Both the position numbers and the translations under genes were made by a program. DNA of 64,000 nucleotides, from contig MU058636.1 of NCBI GenBank assembly GCA_013265495.1, positions 8,577,425 to 8,641,424 on the forward strand. The letters are read 5' to 3'. This stretch comes from Vicugna vicugna. Taxonomy: Eukaryota. The notes under the pieces are model-generated. The model did not search any database and had not been told where the DNA came from. It saw only the letters and a list, made by a program, of their open reading frames with translations. Numbering within the stretch: position 1 is the stretch's first letter; each line of letters starts with the position of its first letter. This document shows, piece by piece, positions 11,541-25,400 of this stretch.

Positions 11541-14500
11541 CTTTTTATTTTAAGGATGACGCATCACACTTAACGATGATGCCAATAACAGCAATGAAAC
11601 CATAATTATTAAGTACTAAGAGTTATTTTCCCTTTAAACAATGGAAGTAGACCATAAGTACTCGGTTATTTAGAATTACAGGGTACAAAGTTCTTATCTA
11701 AGAGGAATAAACAAAGGCTAGTATTTAGCAAGCTATTTTTAAAAGTTACTTTCAAAGTGATATTTGTCAGAGGATGCACCTGTAATTTTTAAAAATTATT
11801 TTCAAAATTTATCATAAATATATGCAGTTTTTCGCAGAGGACCTTGAAAATCAAAAGCTGTCTTTGACGTCCCTAAACTGGACCAGGGATATTCGAGTAT
11901 GTCATTCACTGTCAATTTTGCTCATCATGGAGATGCTGTTTAGATGACGGAATATCACTAAGTTGGCAAAATGCTTTTCATTTGTCATGTATTCTGTTCT
12001 TAATGTTTGGAAGTACTGATGTTAAAGTTTATGTGAATTAATGATACTAATAGCAATAAAACACCATGCTGAGCCTGGCAGGCATAATTTTATTTTTTTT
12101 CCTTTTGTAAGTAAATTCACTGAGGAAAAAAGAATGTGTACCAATGGTATTAATTATTAAGAGGAATCTAGGCAATTCAATTTCCAAAGAAAGAATTTTA
12201 GAAAAAGACTATATAGAGAGTTTATGATGAAAATGCTATTTTCTTAATTCTATGACCTCTCTATAATGAAACAATAAGCCACAAGGCAGGAATATATTTG
12301 TTGTGAAATGGATTATGATTTTGAAGTTACAGTAGACACACAACTGAAGATGAGGAAATTATTTAATAAGAGATAATAATAAATAAGAGATTGTCATCTT
12401 GAAAGAGATTAATTAAAAGTCTCACGTCGCTAGAAGTCATATTGATTTGGTAATCATCTTAGTGATACAGATTTAGTGAAAAATGTAATATGTTTTGAAT
12501 ATCATTTCTTTACTGCTGTTAGTTCCTGATTTCTTACTTACGGTCTGAACTATTTTATTATTCTCTGTCATTTATGTTCAACTCACATGTTTATTTACAT
12601 ATATTTACTACATCAAATTAAAATGAATGGGGCATTCAAGGTACCTGAACATGCATATTCATCTTAATTGATCTTTTTAGACCTAATCACTTTATAAGTA
12701 AATTAACCTGATTTGAATAATGCTTTAACTGTAGATTAAACATGCACTGCATTAACAAATGTGATTATATTTAATGTAATGTTCTCAATTTGGGGAATTA
12801 TGCATTGTTTGCATGCTACCTCATTTAACAGTAATTTCAGTTTTCAAGTAAAGTTTTATCTTTTGATATCCAGACTATTCATCATGGTTTTGCAAATATC
12901 TAGATTTAGGATCTAATACACAAAACTGTGATTTCATAATTTGTTCCCTTCTGGCATGTTACATTCAACATTTTATTAAGGCCTCTTCATAGACTAAGCA
13001 AAAATGGTAATCTCATAATCCAGAATATTTTTCTCAAATATTTCCAATTTTATTAGTCTTGGTGTTTTAAATGTATAATGACCAACTATGCAGAATGGTC
13101 TAAATTTATTTTCATAACTGCAGGCAAAGGGTGTTGTGAGTTTTTAAATGCCAATATTACTTTTTTAGAGGAAGATGAAAAATGATACTGGTGTTCAAAT
13201 ATGCTAATTTTAAATGTGCAAATTTCTTACTGGAAGCTTGATTATAATTTTAGTAGCTGGAGGATGCTTTCACTCACCAGAACAATGGGAATAAAATTTA
13301 TATTATCAGATAACAAAGACAGTTTAATGTTCCTCCAGTATAACTAAAAATTCAGCAAATCAACATCATTCTAGATGCTACATATCTCATTTTAATTTTC
13401 TGATTCCAAATGTCCCATATATGTATCAGTGGTAACATTAAAACACCTGCCTCAGGAAACTAGCTGTCAGCTCACTTCTATCCATGTCAGCATCCGTTAA
13501 GAGTGTGTGGCATCAGTGTTGTGGTTTATTTTACCAGGACTACAATGTAAATGCTTCATAATGATAACAACTGGCATTTATAGCCAATCTCAGCAGTATC
13601 CATTCTCTGTTACCTCCCTTTGCCCTTGCCCATGGCTCTTGGAAAACTAGATGGATTTTCCTTTTTTAGAGTTGAATTTGAGGTTTCCCATCAATAATAT
13701 TTTTGCTTAAGACTGATTTGATTGGAGCATACCCAAAATTCAGGTTAAAATCAAAGTATGAACCCCCCACACACATATTTACAGTCTCAGAAATTCATCT
13801 GAATTATGGCTCAATCAGGATCAGAAATCAACCTAGAGGATGCAAAAACTCTATTCTATGTTATTTTATTTCATTTATTTTACTTTATTAATGATGGCAT
13901 CAAATTAAAAAATTAGATGGCTAAACAGCATTTGATTTCTCATTTTCAGAGGGCAAGATGTTGGTGACAGTGAAGGGAATGGTGGACAACACAGAAGACA
14001 CTGGAGAATTTGGGCAAGGGGAGGGGACAGACAATGAGAAACTAGACATTAAAATTTATGTCATTTAATCCCGGTAACTGTCATAAATGTAAACTATGTA
14101 TGTACTTTCAAAAGGAGTAATGCAATATTGAGAGATACATTCTACTCAATGCTGTATTTAAGATGCGAGTTGGACATGAGACTTTCCACTATATAACCTG
14201 TCTCTCCATCTATAACAAGAGAAAAACAGCACTGATGAAGGACTGGGTGAGAAGAGTCAAAGGGTCAGCGCTAAGAAAGACCTTTTATCTGCTGTCCTCT
14301 TTCAATGTCTTGGATTTGAAAAAAAATATAACAATTCATGGTGGGAAGGCCAGGCAGATTTGAAATATACTTAAAATGTAATACATTAAATAAATAAAAT
14401 TTAAATATTTACAACAGAATAGTAAAACAGAGAGAGAAGAAATGGAGCAACTCCGACTGATGCTAAAAATTTAAAAGAGTAAGGCAGATCATATAATTTT

Positions 14501-14687
14501 TCAGTATATCAACTCGTCCTTCTGGATTACCGGTGATGCAGCGATACTGTGGAAGGACAAAAACCAAGTTTAACACTTTAAAACTGTGATACACGAATGT
14601 AATTGCAAGTGTTGAGGAGGCTGACAGTGTTCCTGAGCTGACACACTTATCAGGGACTCAGGAATTGCTACCAGATAGAAAGTCTTT

Positions 14688-14711
14688 AAAAAAAAAAAAA
14701 AAAAAAAAAAA
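14688..14711. repeat. Poly(A) tract (about 24 nt)
   Basis: Direct read. Confidence 0.9.
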
Positions 14712-15080
14712 TACAGGGGATTTGGGGCAGCAAACGCTGAGACCTAAAATGTGGTAACAGAAGTCTGTTCCTGGTCCTGCACTTTCAGAATGAACTTCCT
14801 GATGGGAAAAATGATACTGTTCTCCCCGTAAGTTATAGATTTAGCATATGATTTCAGTGTCCTCTTTATAACACATACACCAGAAGTGAACGGACAGCTT
14901 CATCAAGTTATGTTTCAAGAACTTGGAAGAGATATGGGATGTGATGGAGAAAAAAATCAAATCTTGCAATGAGAATTTTTAATTAACCTAACACTTATTT
15001 TCCCTAAATGTTTTAGGGACTTAAGGAACAAAAATGTGGGGAGAGCTGCACCTTGACATAAATCCCAAGACAAACTTTTA

Positions 15081-15232
15081 TGATTTTTGTTTGTCTGTTT
15101 GTTTTGTGGGAGGAGATAATTAACTTATTTATTCAATTTTTTTTTTTAAATGGAGGTACTGGGGATTGAACCCAGGACCTCGTGCATGCTAAGCATGCAC
15201 TCTACCCCTGAGCTCTACCTACCCTCCTCCCT
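15081..15232 (-). mobile_element. tRNA-derived SINE, camelid vic-1-like
   Basis: Minus strand GGGAGGAGGGTAGGTAGAGCTCAGGGGTAGAGTGCATGCTTAGCATGCACGAGGTCCTGGGTTCAATCCCCAGTACCTCCA, a tRNA-Ala-like head with B box GGTTCAATCC, plus an A-rich tail. TSD CCAAGACAAACTTTTA (15065-15080) / CCAAGAGAAATTTTTA (15233-15248). Confidence 0.85.
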
Positions 15233-16234
15233 CCAAGAGAAATTTTTAAAAAACTTTCATTAAATATGAAAACGAAAATTATCTAAACAACATGAAGATC
15301 CACAGGGAAACAAAAGTTCTAGATATTTTTAGGGATCTGAAGGCATATTCCCCCAAAACTAAACTTAGTTGTACAGTGGAGAGAACAGTGAACTTGAATT
15401 TCAAAGAACACAAAGGAAACAAAATACACAGAAATCTCCACTCTTGAGTAGACATTATTAAAAGTAAAATAAAATTTCTCCATGCACCTTTTTTTGTTTT
15501 TTTGCTTTTTGCTTTTTATTCCCTAGTTCACTGCTAAAAGATACGTTTGTGCAGTATGATCTCATGACAGAGTGAGAAATAAAAGATCCTTTATTTTTTG
15601 TAGGGATACTCCTGAACATACTTAAGTTGCATTTGTACTTTTTCTGAAATCTGACATGAAATAACACTTTCCCAGATAACTTATTCACACTCAATCCAAT
15701 TTGGGTTTTCTCTTGCTGTTGGTAGAGTATATTATCTCAGCAATAATCATTGGTATAATGCGGAGTCCACATAAAAACACGATGCCCTCATGTGTGCTAT
15801 CCTTCTGAATTCCAGACCCTTTTTGGCTTTCTTTAGGCAGGATGCTACATGTAACCTTAGTAGCTGTGAGTCTTAGGCCAAAAATGCCACATATTGACTG
15901 AAACTCAGCCTGACCAAAAATTAACTGCCAATTATTTTTTTCTCTTGCTTTGATGTTTAAAAGCATAACAAACTACCAAACTTCTTTAAAAGGTTTTGGA
16001 GACATTTCTATGAACTCCAAGAAGACGATGTTCTCTTAATGAAAGAAAGAACACTACTTTAACTAAAATATTATGACATACTAGGATCTTAAGGAAAAGA
16101 GTCGGGATTAAACTTATTTTTAAAATGGAAGTCCTTTATGATCTAAAAAGACCAAACTTTAAACACTAAATATCCCCATTAAAAAATACACACATACTGA
16201 GGAGAATGGCATATGCAGGGCAAATTTTTTAAGA

Positions 16235-16314
16235 CCCCACCTCCAAACACCATCACATTGGGGGTTAGGACTTAAACATGAATTTGGGGGAATACAAATA
16301 TTCAGTCCATTACA
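16235..16314. mobile_element. MaLR (MLT1/MST-type) LTR terminal fragment
   Basis: CCCCACCTCCAAACACCATCACATTGGGGGTTAGG...ATGAATTTGGGGG..ACA.ATATTCAGTCCAT.ACA. Confidence 0.75.
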
Positions 16315-16559
16315 GACAGCGACCTAATTTTTTTTTTTTTCTTCAGAAGCTCCTTTATGACTGTACACTCTTTAGGAGGGGTAGGGGAGTCAATTTTTTA
16401 TGTCATCCTTGTAAGCATGCCTGGCAAAGAAAGTTCTGCTCTAAGCTATTTACTTTTATTATTATTACTACTTATTTAAACATTTTTTATTTGTCCCAAT
16501 TTTTATCTCATAGGATTTAGAAAACCCATTTGAGAAAACACTTGTAGCAAGCAAAGTTG

Positions 16560-18050
16560 GAATCTCCACCCTGAGAGCTGGCACGTGTCCATTGATCTAT
16601 TTCCTTTTCCTCGCCAAATTCAAAGCCAAAGATGCTCTCTCCCTATCCGCGCTGCTCATCCTGCCATCTGAGCTGTCCTCTAAAACTTCCCATCAGTCCT
16701 CTCCATCTTTCATGCGTTAAATCTTTTTCTGCAAACTGACTCCTTCCCCTCAAACTACAAATGTACTGACCTCTCACAGAGGTATTTTTAAATTCTATTT
16801 ATCTCTAACAGTGCTCTCTCTCTCTCATCTGTTTTTCTTTACTTTATAAATTTTAAGCTCATCTCTCATTTGCTCACTTTCTCTCTCTAATGTGGTATTT
16901 ACCTCTCTCACAGAATACATTTTATTTTTCTTTAAATCACGCGTGTCCTGCTAGTTGCCAGATCCACTTTGGCTTCATAATACTCGACTTCTCAGTAGCC
17001 CCAGGTGACTGAGCCCTTTGACATGGAAGGCATCCTGCTTTGAGCTCTGCCACCCTCTTCTCTCATGCTCTGCCTCGGTCTCAGCATTACCTCTCCCGGT
17101 AGCTCACCCAGCTCCGTCTAAAGCCAAAATACTGTTACCGGGGCTCTGCTCATGGCTCTTTTGTCCACCTGTCGCTCTTATTCATCATTCTCATCCATTA
17201 CTCATGATTCAAAATGCTCCATAAATCCCATATGCATTTTAAAATGTTGCCAGACCACCTCTCTTTCTTAAGTTCTAGACCCACACTGTCCAACATGGTA
17301 GCCATTAGCCACATGTGGCTATTTAAATGGAAACTAATTAACATTAAATGATATTAAGAGTCATTTCTTAAGTCTTTTTCGCCACCTCTCAACTGCTCAG
17401 ATGCATTCCCTCTGTAAAGCTGACTTACTTTATCTGCTTATCATCTTTTGCGTGGCTACCCCAGTGTCCTCCTTCTCATCTCACTGACGTGATGCCTGCA
17501 TCCTCCCTATTGGCCTCCACGATGCCAAGTGCCTCTTATCTCTCAAATGTAAAGCTGACTCAATCCCTCTTTCACTGAGAAGCCTTAAACGACTGATAAC
17601 CACTCATGGGACGACTACCAACCTCTTCTGGAATCCTGGACCTCCGTGATGTGGCTTTTAAGTTCCTTCTTAAATGGATCTCCCAAGACAGTCCTGGGAA
17701 AACTTACTTTGCACGGACAAGAATACCTGAGTACCGGGCCACTTAAGTGCTAAGCATTTTCTCACCTTGTCCTTTGCAACAGAAATGTGGTTCCTCCCTT
17801 TCAGCCTCTGGCAGCTCCTGCCAAGTTTTAAAATCTGTGAAGCATTACGGCCTCTAAGAACTTTCTTCCTCTTCCTCTTAAGGCAGAGTTAATGGCCTTT
17901 TTAATGCGTCTTCATAAACCCTGTGGGCCTCTTAAGACGAAGAACATTTTTTCTTGTATAAGAGACTCCGACTTATCCAGTGTTGCATCCACAATGCTAA
18001 GCAAAATGGTAAGTGCCCCAAGTTTGTTGATGAATCGGTGAATTAACGAC
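16560..18050 (+). mobile_element. Degraded L2 LINE fragments (interrupted by MER3/33)
   Basis: Pyrimidine-rich L2-like text ending ...GTTTGTTGATGAAT..GTGAAT; boundaries approximate. Confidence 0.45.
17284..17400. mobile_element. MER3/MER33-like hAT-Charlie fragment
   Basis: CTGTCCAACATGGTAGCCATTAGCCACATGTGGCTATTTAAAT. Confidence 0.75.
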
Positions 18051-18399
18051 TATACTTTTAGCGCTATTCCTCTGTCATTTTGGGTAAAGGAATAAAATGA
18101 ACAGGGCAAAATTGCTGGAAAAATGGTTTAGCACTTGTAGGTCCACTGAATGCAGCAATGAATGACTGGACATCCAGTCAACAGTCGTGAAGCTACTGAA
18201 CAGCCTACGTAAAGCGCCTTCACTTTTTACCTGTTTTTCTTCTTTACAGGTCTTTTTTGATATGAAAAAGTCCCAGCTGTTTTCAGCTGTATGAAGAATT
18301 ACAACTGTAATGTGTAAATCAACACATCGATAGCTCTCTGCTCCAGTATACGCTTCCCCTATCACTACTACCTAAAATCACCAGAAGGGACAAGACTCT

Positions 18400-19700
18400 G
18401 GTCACTTGGCTGATACTTCCAGGGAAACATGAGCACAGAGGGAAAAAAAAAAATACAAGACCACTTAGGGACAGCAAACTGAAGAAACAGCTGTTAGCAA
18501 ACAGAAGAAATAGAGTTAATATACCAGCTAATGGGAGACTAAAATATGTACCTTAATATCAACAAAATTATAAAGAGGATGGGAGAAACACTGAGGAATG
18601 AGAAATCCTTAAGAAGAAGTAACTGGAGCTACCGGTAGAATGACAACAGAATGAATCAGCAAACTGAAATTTCAGGTCATGAAGTTCTCCCAGTTTGGAA
18701 ACTATAAAAGTTGAGAAAAAGAGAATCAATGTATAAGAGCCAATGTCTATAAAACAGCAAGTGAATAAAGAGAAAAGAAAAATAGCGGAGTGTAGGAAAT
18801 ACTATTAGTAGTAATGACCAAGGATATTCATAATTATAAAAGATGTAAGACTTCAGATGGAAAGACTCCATAGTGCCACATAAGATATATAAGAACAACT
18901 CCTCCAGAGATTAAAACAATTATACAGGAGAAAAAAATATCCCCTCTGAGAACTGCTACCACATACATCATAAAAAATAGCCATGTCAACATTAACTTTT
19001 GTCCTAAAAAACTTTTCCTGGGGAAGATAAGATGCTAAATCAGTAAATACTCAGTGTTTCCCTGTTCACATCAAGAAACTCTTGCATATAAGTTTACCTG
19101 AGATAACATTCTGCTCACCTGGGCAAATAGCTCCTTTATCAAACACTTTCCTTATCAAAACTCTCTCCAGAACTCTCACTTGGCTAAATCTACCAATCCT
19201 AAGCTAGTATGTCACAAATATTGCCCAATCCTGATCATTCTCCCACCTAGAAAGATCCACCTTAAGCCACTTGCAGCCAGGGCAGAAATCTTATAAATAT
19301 TCTCCCTCATTGGCCTCTTTGGTGGCACACTGCTCTTTCAGTGTGATAGTTTCCCCACTGCTGGGAGCTCTAATAAACTTATCTAGAAAATTGTATAATA
19401 ATACTTTGTGAAGTTTGATACATTAAAAAAAAATGAAGAATCAGATTAACATCAGACCTCTGAACAGCAAATTTGGAGGTTAGAATATAATGTGGTATTA
19501 TTTGAAAAATAAAGAAGGAAAAAAGCCCTCCAAAACAGAACTTTGAAGCTCGAATTTCATTTCTTATTAAAGTTACTTAAATGCAGGATGGAATAAAATT
19601 AGTCTCATGCATACAGGCTTGGAAGATTGTCCACACAAAGACCATATTTCATCACAGGAGGGCACTATAATATATGGAAAGTATAGATAGAAATATAAAA
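18400..19700 (+). mobile_element. Old L1M 5'/ORF1-region relic, interrupted by a probable LTR at about 18955-19385
   Basis: A-rich, with L1 ORF1-like motifs (CTTCAGATGGAAAGA.TCCAT; AATCAGATTAACATCAGAC.TCT..ACAGCAA). The central block has a different composition and AATAAAC near its end. Confidence 0.45.
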
Positions 19701-19729
19701 AGAAAAATTTCTATTTAAATAGTTGAGAG

Positions 19730-20440
19730 TTTCATCTCTTTGGCTCACTGATGTATGCACGGTGCATAGAAAAGTTTCTGTTATGTAAAAAGTGCACAAT
19801 AATTATTTGTTAAATGAACAAATATCTATTAAACATGTGTAGGTCAAATGCATGTACTAAGCCGTGGCAATACCATGGGGAGTGAAAGCCAGCATCCTTG
19901 CACTCACAGAACTTATGATCCATTGGACGGAACACTCAAAGATTTAAAAAAACCAAAGGCGTGCACAGAATAATTGCAATTTGGTGAGGGCTAGAATGGA
20001 AACAAATGATGAGAAGAGGTGGAGAAACATGGCAGGACGGGAAAGAGATAGAGATCTACTTTAGGTAGGGGAGTTAAGGGGTAGCCTCTCTATGACACGA
20101 AAGATGACAAATGCTAGCTAAGTAAAAAGAAAAAGCGAAGAAAAGTCCATGACGGTAAAGCAATCTGAAAGTGAGAAAGGGATGAGGCAGGAGGATTTTC
20201 TAAGATGCAGAACAGGGGCAGCCTGCCTAGCGCACTGGGAGGAAGGGAAAGGGTGGAGGAAATGAGTCTGTAGCCAGGAAATGCAGTGCAAAGATTCTGG
20301 AATGTATCTGAAACATAATAAGAAGTTATTGAAGGGATTTGAGTTGGGGGATTATTGACATAATCCAATTTCTGCTTTTAATGGTCACTTAGGCTGCTGA
20401 TTGATTTGGAAATGTTTAAGAGTGAAAACTAAGAGTTCAA
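19730..20440 (-). mobile_element. L2 LINE fragments
   Basis: AACAAATATCTATTAAAC...GTACTAAG...CTTG.CTCACAGAACTTA signature. Confidence 0.5.
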
Positions 20441-21399
20441 CTGCCAAGAGACCAAGCGAATGCTGTCAAGAGTCTATATCATGAAAGAGGAAACATTAAC
20501 CCCTAGGGTTATGATGCAAAATTCATAGATCCTGAAGGTGGTATGTTTGTGGAGACAAACGTCTGCTCATGTTTCACTGAGTTTATAAATATTTTAGTAG
20601 TGCTCCGATTGAACATACTTTGAGTAATCTTACTCTAACCGTTCTTACCCACATCCCTAATTTTCTCGTAACTTTGTAGAATGTGAAGATTGTAAGGAAT
20701 ACGTGTGTCATCTTGTAACAAGAACCTGTGTATACATACTGCTGTTACTGCACCAGAAACACTTTGCTTCTTTCATTGTGTCAAAGATGTCACTACTTGT
20801 CTTGTTGACAGTGAAAGCATAACTTGTCAAAAAGGAAGCAATATTAAGAAGAAATGCGGGGGGAAAGCCATGCATGTTGCAAACAAGTCGTTTACAGGAT
20901 TAGACAAAAAAAGACAAAATAACCTAGTTTCAAAAATGACATAGTCAACAGCAAAATGTGTTCAAAGTGCCCCAGAACAATCAGATCCCCCAGTCCACAG
21001 CTCACCTTTTGTTTCTGATATTGTATGTGTGCACGTGTGTGTGTATGGATGTGGGTGTACGAATGGTCATGGCGGTAATGGTGAGTCTTTGGACCAAAAC
21101 AGAAAGAAACAAATCTTGTAGTGATAGCAAAATAATATAAAAATGTTTAAATTTGTATGCACATATAGAATTTTTGATAATATGTGATCCTTTTATTTAA
21201 AAAAATACTAATTAGATTATTGCAGAGGTAAGGATACCATGTGGCTTAGATATTATTGTGGTTGGTGGTGATGGTGTTGGCAGTGGTGGTGCGTGTGAGA
21301 AAAAGAGAGAAAGTAATTGAATGCATATTTCACAGTAGCATAACAACAGAGAAGCATGAAAAAATCAGAGCAGGAAATGGAATAATAATAAACAATGTT

Positions 21400-22400
21400 G
21401 AGACAGTTGGTTAGAAGTTTTGGAAATAATTATTTTGGAATACCATGAGAGAGGATTCTCAGGGCATTTAAATGTTAATATTGAAACAAATAAAATAACA
21501 GAAAATGTCAGTAAATATTAATCTGTCCATTCAGTGGGGAAGAGTTTTCTAAACAAAAAACAATGGAGAAATGACTATGAGAAAGACTCATGGTATGCAT
21601 ACATAGAATTCAACAAATCTTAGTACTAGAACATAATACACATTAATTTTGGCAAAGCATCTAAGAAAATTATTCAGAATAAATATGACTGAGAAGAGGC
21701 TATTACATAGAAAAGGAAAATTACTAGGATTCAAAGAATAAAAAGAACAGCCCCTTCAGAGAAAAGGAAATATAATTGGAAAATACAATTGGAAAATGCC
21801 TTCTACTTTACTGACCTCTAAAACCGAGAAGTCTACCAGTAAGATGAAAGCGATCGCTTGCCAAATGTGATCATATTACATACAAAAGAACTACCAGTAC
21901 GAGAAAGGATATGGTGAAAATAGTATCTCTTGCTAATTGCTGGTGATAGTTCAAAGTGAAAAGGAATTAGAAATGTATATATCAGTCTTTCGAAAGGTTC
22001 AAGCCCTTTACCCTATGAGCATCTCTTCCAGGAATCTACCCTAGAGCTGCATTTTACAAGGCAGGCAATGATGTGTACACAAAAGGAAGAAGGACTCTGT
22101 AATCTGTTGTTAGGAAAGACTGGAGACATTCAAAAAGCAATTAATTGTCAGCTAGTTCAGTTAAGAGCTAAACATCTATTTAATAGAAAAGTGAACCACT
22201 ATGAAAACAATATGTACTAAAAATTAATGTCATGCAAAATAATCATATTATGATATGTATTAATCATGGATAAAATTTTAAACCCAGTAAAATTAGCATC
22301 TACAACAATGATAAAATATGTAAAAGGAGGTAACTACACATAATTGAGAGAGGTTACCTATGGGTAATTGGTGATTTTTGTTCTTGCCTACATTTTGTAA
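21400..22400 (+). mobile_element. Old L1ME-like 3' region relic
   Basis: A-rich with TTGCTGGTG..AGT..AAA and CTTCCAGGAATCTACCCTA motifs. Confidence 0.45.
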
Positions 22401-25400
22401 GTTTTTATTAAGGGAATATTTTACTAAAAAAAAAAAAAACCCTCATTAATCACAAAGTAAGTTCATTTTATAAAAAGAACACTCAATTGTCCTCGATAAT
22501 TAGCAGAACTCTCGTGCTTAAAAGGTATTTGACTTGTTTTTCATGACTCGAAAAGCTAGAACTAGGACTAATGGGTAGAAATTTAAAGAAGAAAAAGCTT
22601 TCTTCTCAGGTACAGGGTGATCAGTAGCAGAAATATTTGTTCAAAGATTCAATGTGTATCTCAGAGGCTCGTAAACTCTATTTCTGACAGGATCCAGGCA
22701 TTGAGGAGACAACTCAGAGGGAATATTGGAGACAGAAGTCAAGGACTAGACGGATGGTTAAATGGGATAAACTTTCGTAACTGTGCTAATTAGACTCTGT
22801 GATTCTATTAGTCTCTGCTTTTGTCATTGTCTCTGCCAATAAACCATGTGACTTTGGACACATGACTAACTGTCACTCTTTCTATTCTTCTATTAAAGTT
22901 CTACTACATCATCTTCATGTTTTCATAAAGCTCTAGAATTTCTGACTTAATTTTTATAAATACTAGGTCATTTGTATTCTGCTTTGAGAGATGACTTTTT
23001 TGCTCTTGGTTATAGGCTGGGTGTCTCCTCATTGTACACCACTGAGGTTTCTAAGGAAACGGTTTCCAAAATATATCAGTTGTTTAGATAAACACAACTA
23101 CAAGAAGGAGTTTCAAATTTACTTATTTTATGATAACTACAAAGAGAAATTAGGTATTTGGAGATCATACAATTTTTAGAATTTTCCATTGTAGTCTTCA
23201 CTCTATTAGGTTATGAAGTTAATTTGGTTATTTTTATTTCTAAAAAGCACTACTTTTATTATTAAAACTAAAATCTGTATTTTCATTTGGATAATGAAGA
23301 TATATGGGTTGGCCTATATATACAGGAGCTAGAAAGAATTTTTTTATTAGGGGTATAACTTTAAAAATTTACACATGTATTTTTATTTGTTATATTTGTA
23401 AATAAGACAATCTACATTAATTTTTTTCTCCTAAATGGTAGTTATTATATGACATTAATTTGCCATTTAGTCTTCATCTGAGGCATTTGGAGGAAACACA
23501 GAAGTAGAAATCAGTGTTTCCTGTACTTACTGAGTTTATGATCCGCTTCATTTAATGTGACAACAAGAACTCTTAGCATTTTGGGGCACACAACTAGACT
23601 CTCCTATAATTATTGATACATAATTTCTAAAAATTTTTTTACATTTAGAAGTTTAATCCATGAATATTTTCAAATCCATTGTTCTCTATATTCCTAAAGC
23701 AATCTGTCCTGATATAAAATATGAAGAGAAGATAGACTGTTTTAGTTTCCCAATTTTCAGTTACTGAAGATGGCATGGTGAGACGGTTCTCAAGGTCCCA
23801 AGCTGTAAATCCTGAAGCTAACTTATTTCTGTTTATTAGTCCACTGCTGTTTCAGGAAAAGGGTCACCTTTGGTGAAACGATGTCCCCTCCTCTATCTGA
23901 AGGGACATCCTTGAAAGGAAAGGAAAGGAAATACAGGAAGTGAGTAAGAATGACAGAGGACACCTGATTGACTGACTTATTCCTAAAGACAGATGAGTTA
24001 ACTGGGGTATGTCAGTTTCACATCTGCTTGGTGGCCACTGGAATATTTGGGTTCCATTATTCAGAAAAAGATTTACTGAGACTTATTCTATATCAGATCA
24101 GGACTATTTTGAATCAAGTAATACACAATCCCGGTGGGTGAATTTTATGGTTCATAAATTATATCACAGTATAGCTGCTAAAACAATAGCAAGAAATCCC
24201 TGACTTCAGAGAGGACGGTACCTAGTGGAGGAGGAGTTCTGTTGATAATCAATAATAAATACCATGTGGCAAGTTCTCCAGTAGATATTTATAAAATGTC
24301 TCTTGGGGATTCCAAAGAGAAAGCTGTTAGTTGTACCTGGGGGGAAAGAAATGCTTGCTAATCAAAATTTACTCAAGTGTTTAACTACAAGTAGGTGTTT
24401 ACCCAGTGACTCCTGCAAGCAAGGAATTCCAGAAAGACAGGGCAGTTTTTTTTTTAAAGGAATGGGGATGAGAAAGAGCTCCCCATTTTATGCTGGTTTC
24501 TGTTCCTAGAATAACTGTTAGTGTTCATAAGTAGTCAGATTTTTACACAATGGCTTTCCTAGTATGCCTTTCAGAATTTTGGTCATGCCAATTTTATTCT
24601 AAATTACTTAGTGACCCTTATTATTTCCCACCAAATACTGAACTTTTCAGTGATTGTATAAATTTGGGGATACGAAAAGACTATACAAAGTCACAGGAAA
24701 AGGTAAGTTTCTGTGGCTCAGAAAAGGTTAAACACTTTTGCAAGATCTCATAGGCACTAAGTGATGCATCCAGAAGATACAGCAAAAGGGCGAGATATCA
24801 AAATGCTGATGGTAGCAGTGAGAAGGCAGAGTCACCTTCAGTCTGAATTGTCTTCCATATTCCCCACCAATTTTTGGTCCAGGCAGGCAGGTGCAAGACT
24901 TCTGTTGGCACTGCTCCTTACTGAGACTTGTCCCTTCGCATGCCTAGGAATTTTTTTCTTGCTTTATTGCTTAGGTCTCCAGAGACTGAGTCTACTTTAA
25001 ACCTCAATCCCCTGTAACAACAAAAACAATGCAACAACAAAAACCACCACACTTATTGAACACTTAATACATGCCAGGGGCTGTGCTAAGTTTCACATGT
25101 ATGAACTCAGTCCACAGAAACCCACTCCCCTCCCTGGGGTAAGCACTGTCATTAGTGACTCTTGAGGAGGATACTGAGATAACTTAACAAGGTCCCAAGG
25201 GCTTGATAAATGTGTCCCCTATCCTATGCCCACTTTTCTTTATCCCATATCATACATTTTTCTTTTCTTTCTGTTGACAAATGGACATTCAATTTCCCAC
25301 TGACTGGGTTTTGATCATGTTCCCTAATTTTCCAGTGGTTGTATTACCTGTGTAGTTGGTCTCCTAACTCTGAACTCAGTTTCCTCATCACTAGCTCTCA

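Noticed and set aside
15150..15230. tRNA-Ala-like sequence
   Set aside because: Has an A-rich tail, TSDs and a truncated sibling at 32874-33000; it is a SINE head, not a tRNA gene.
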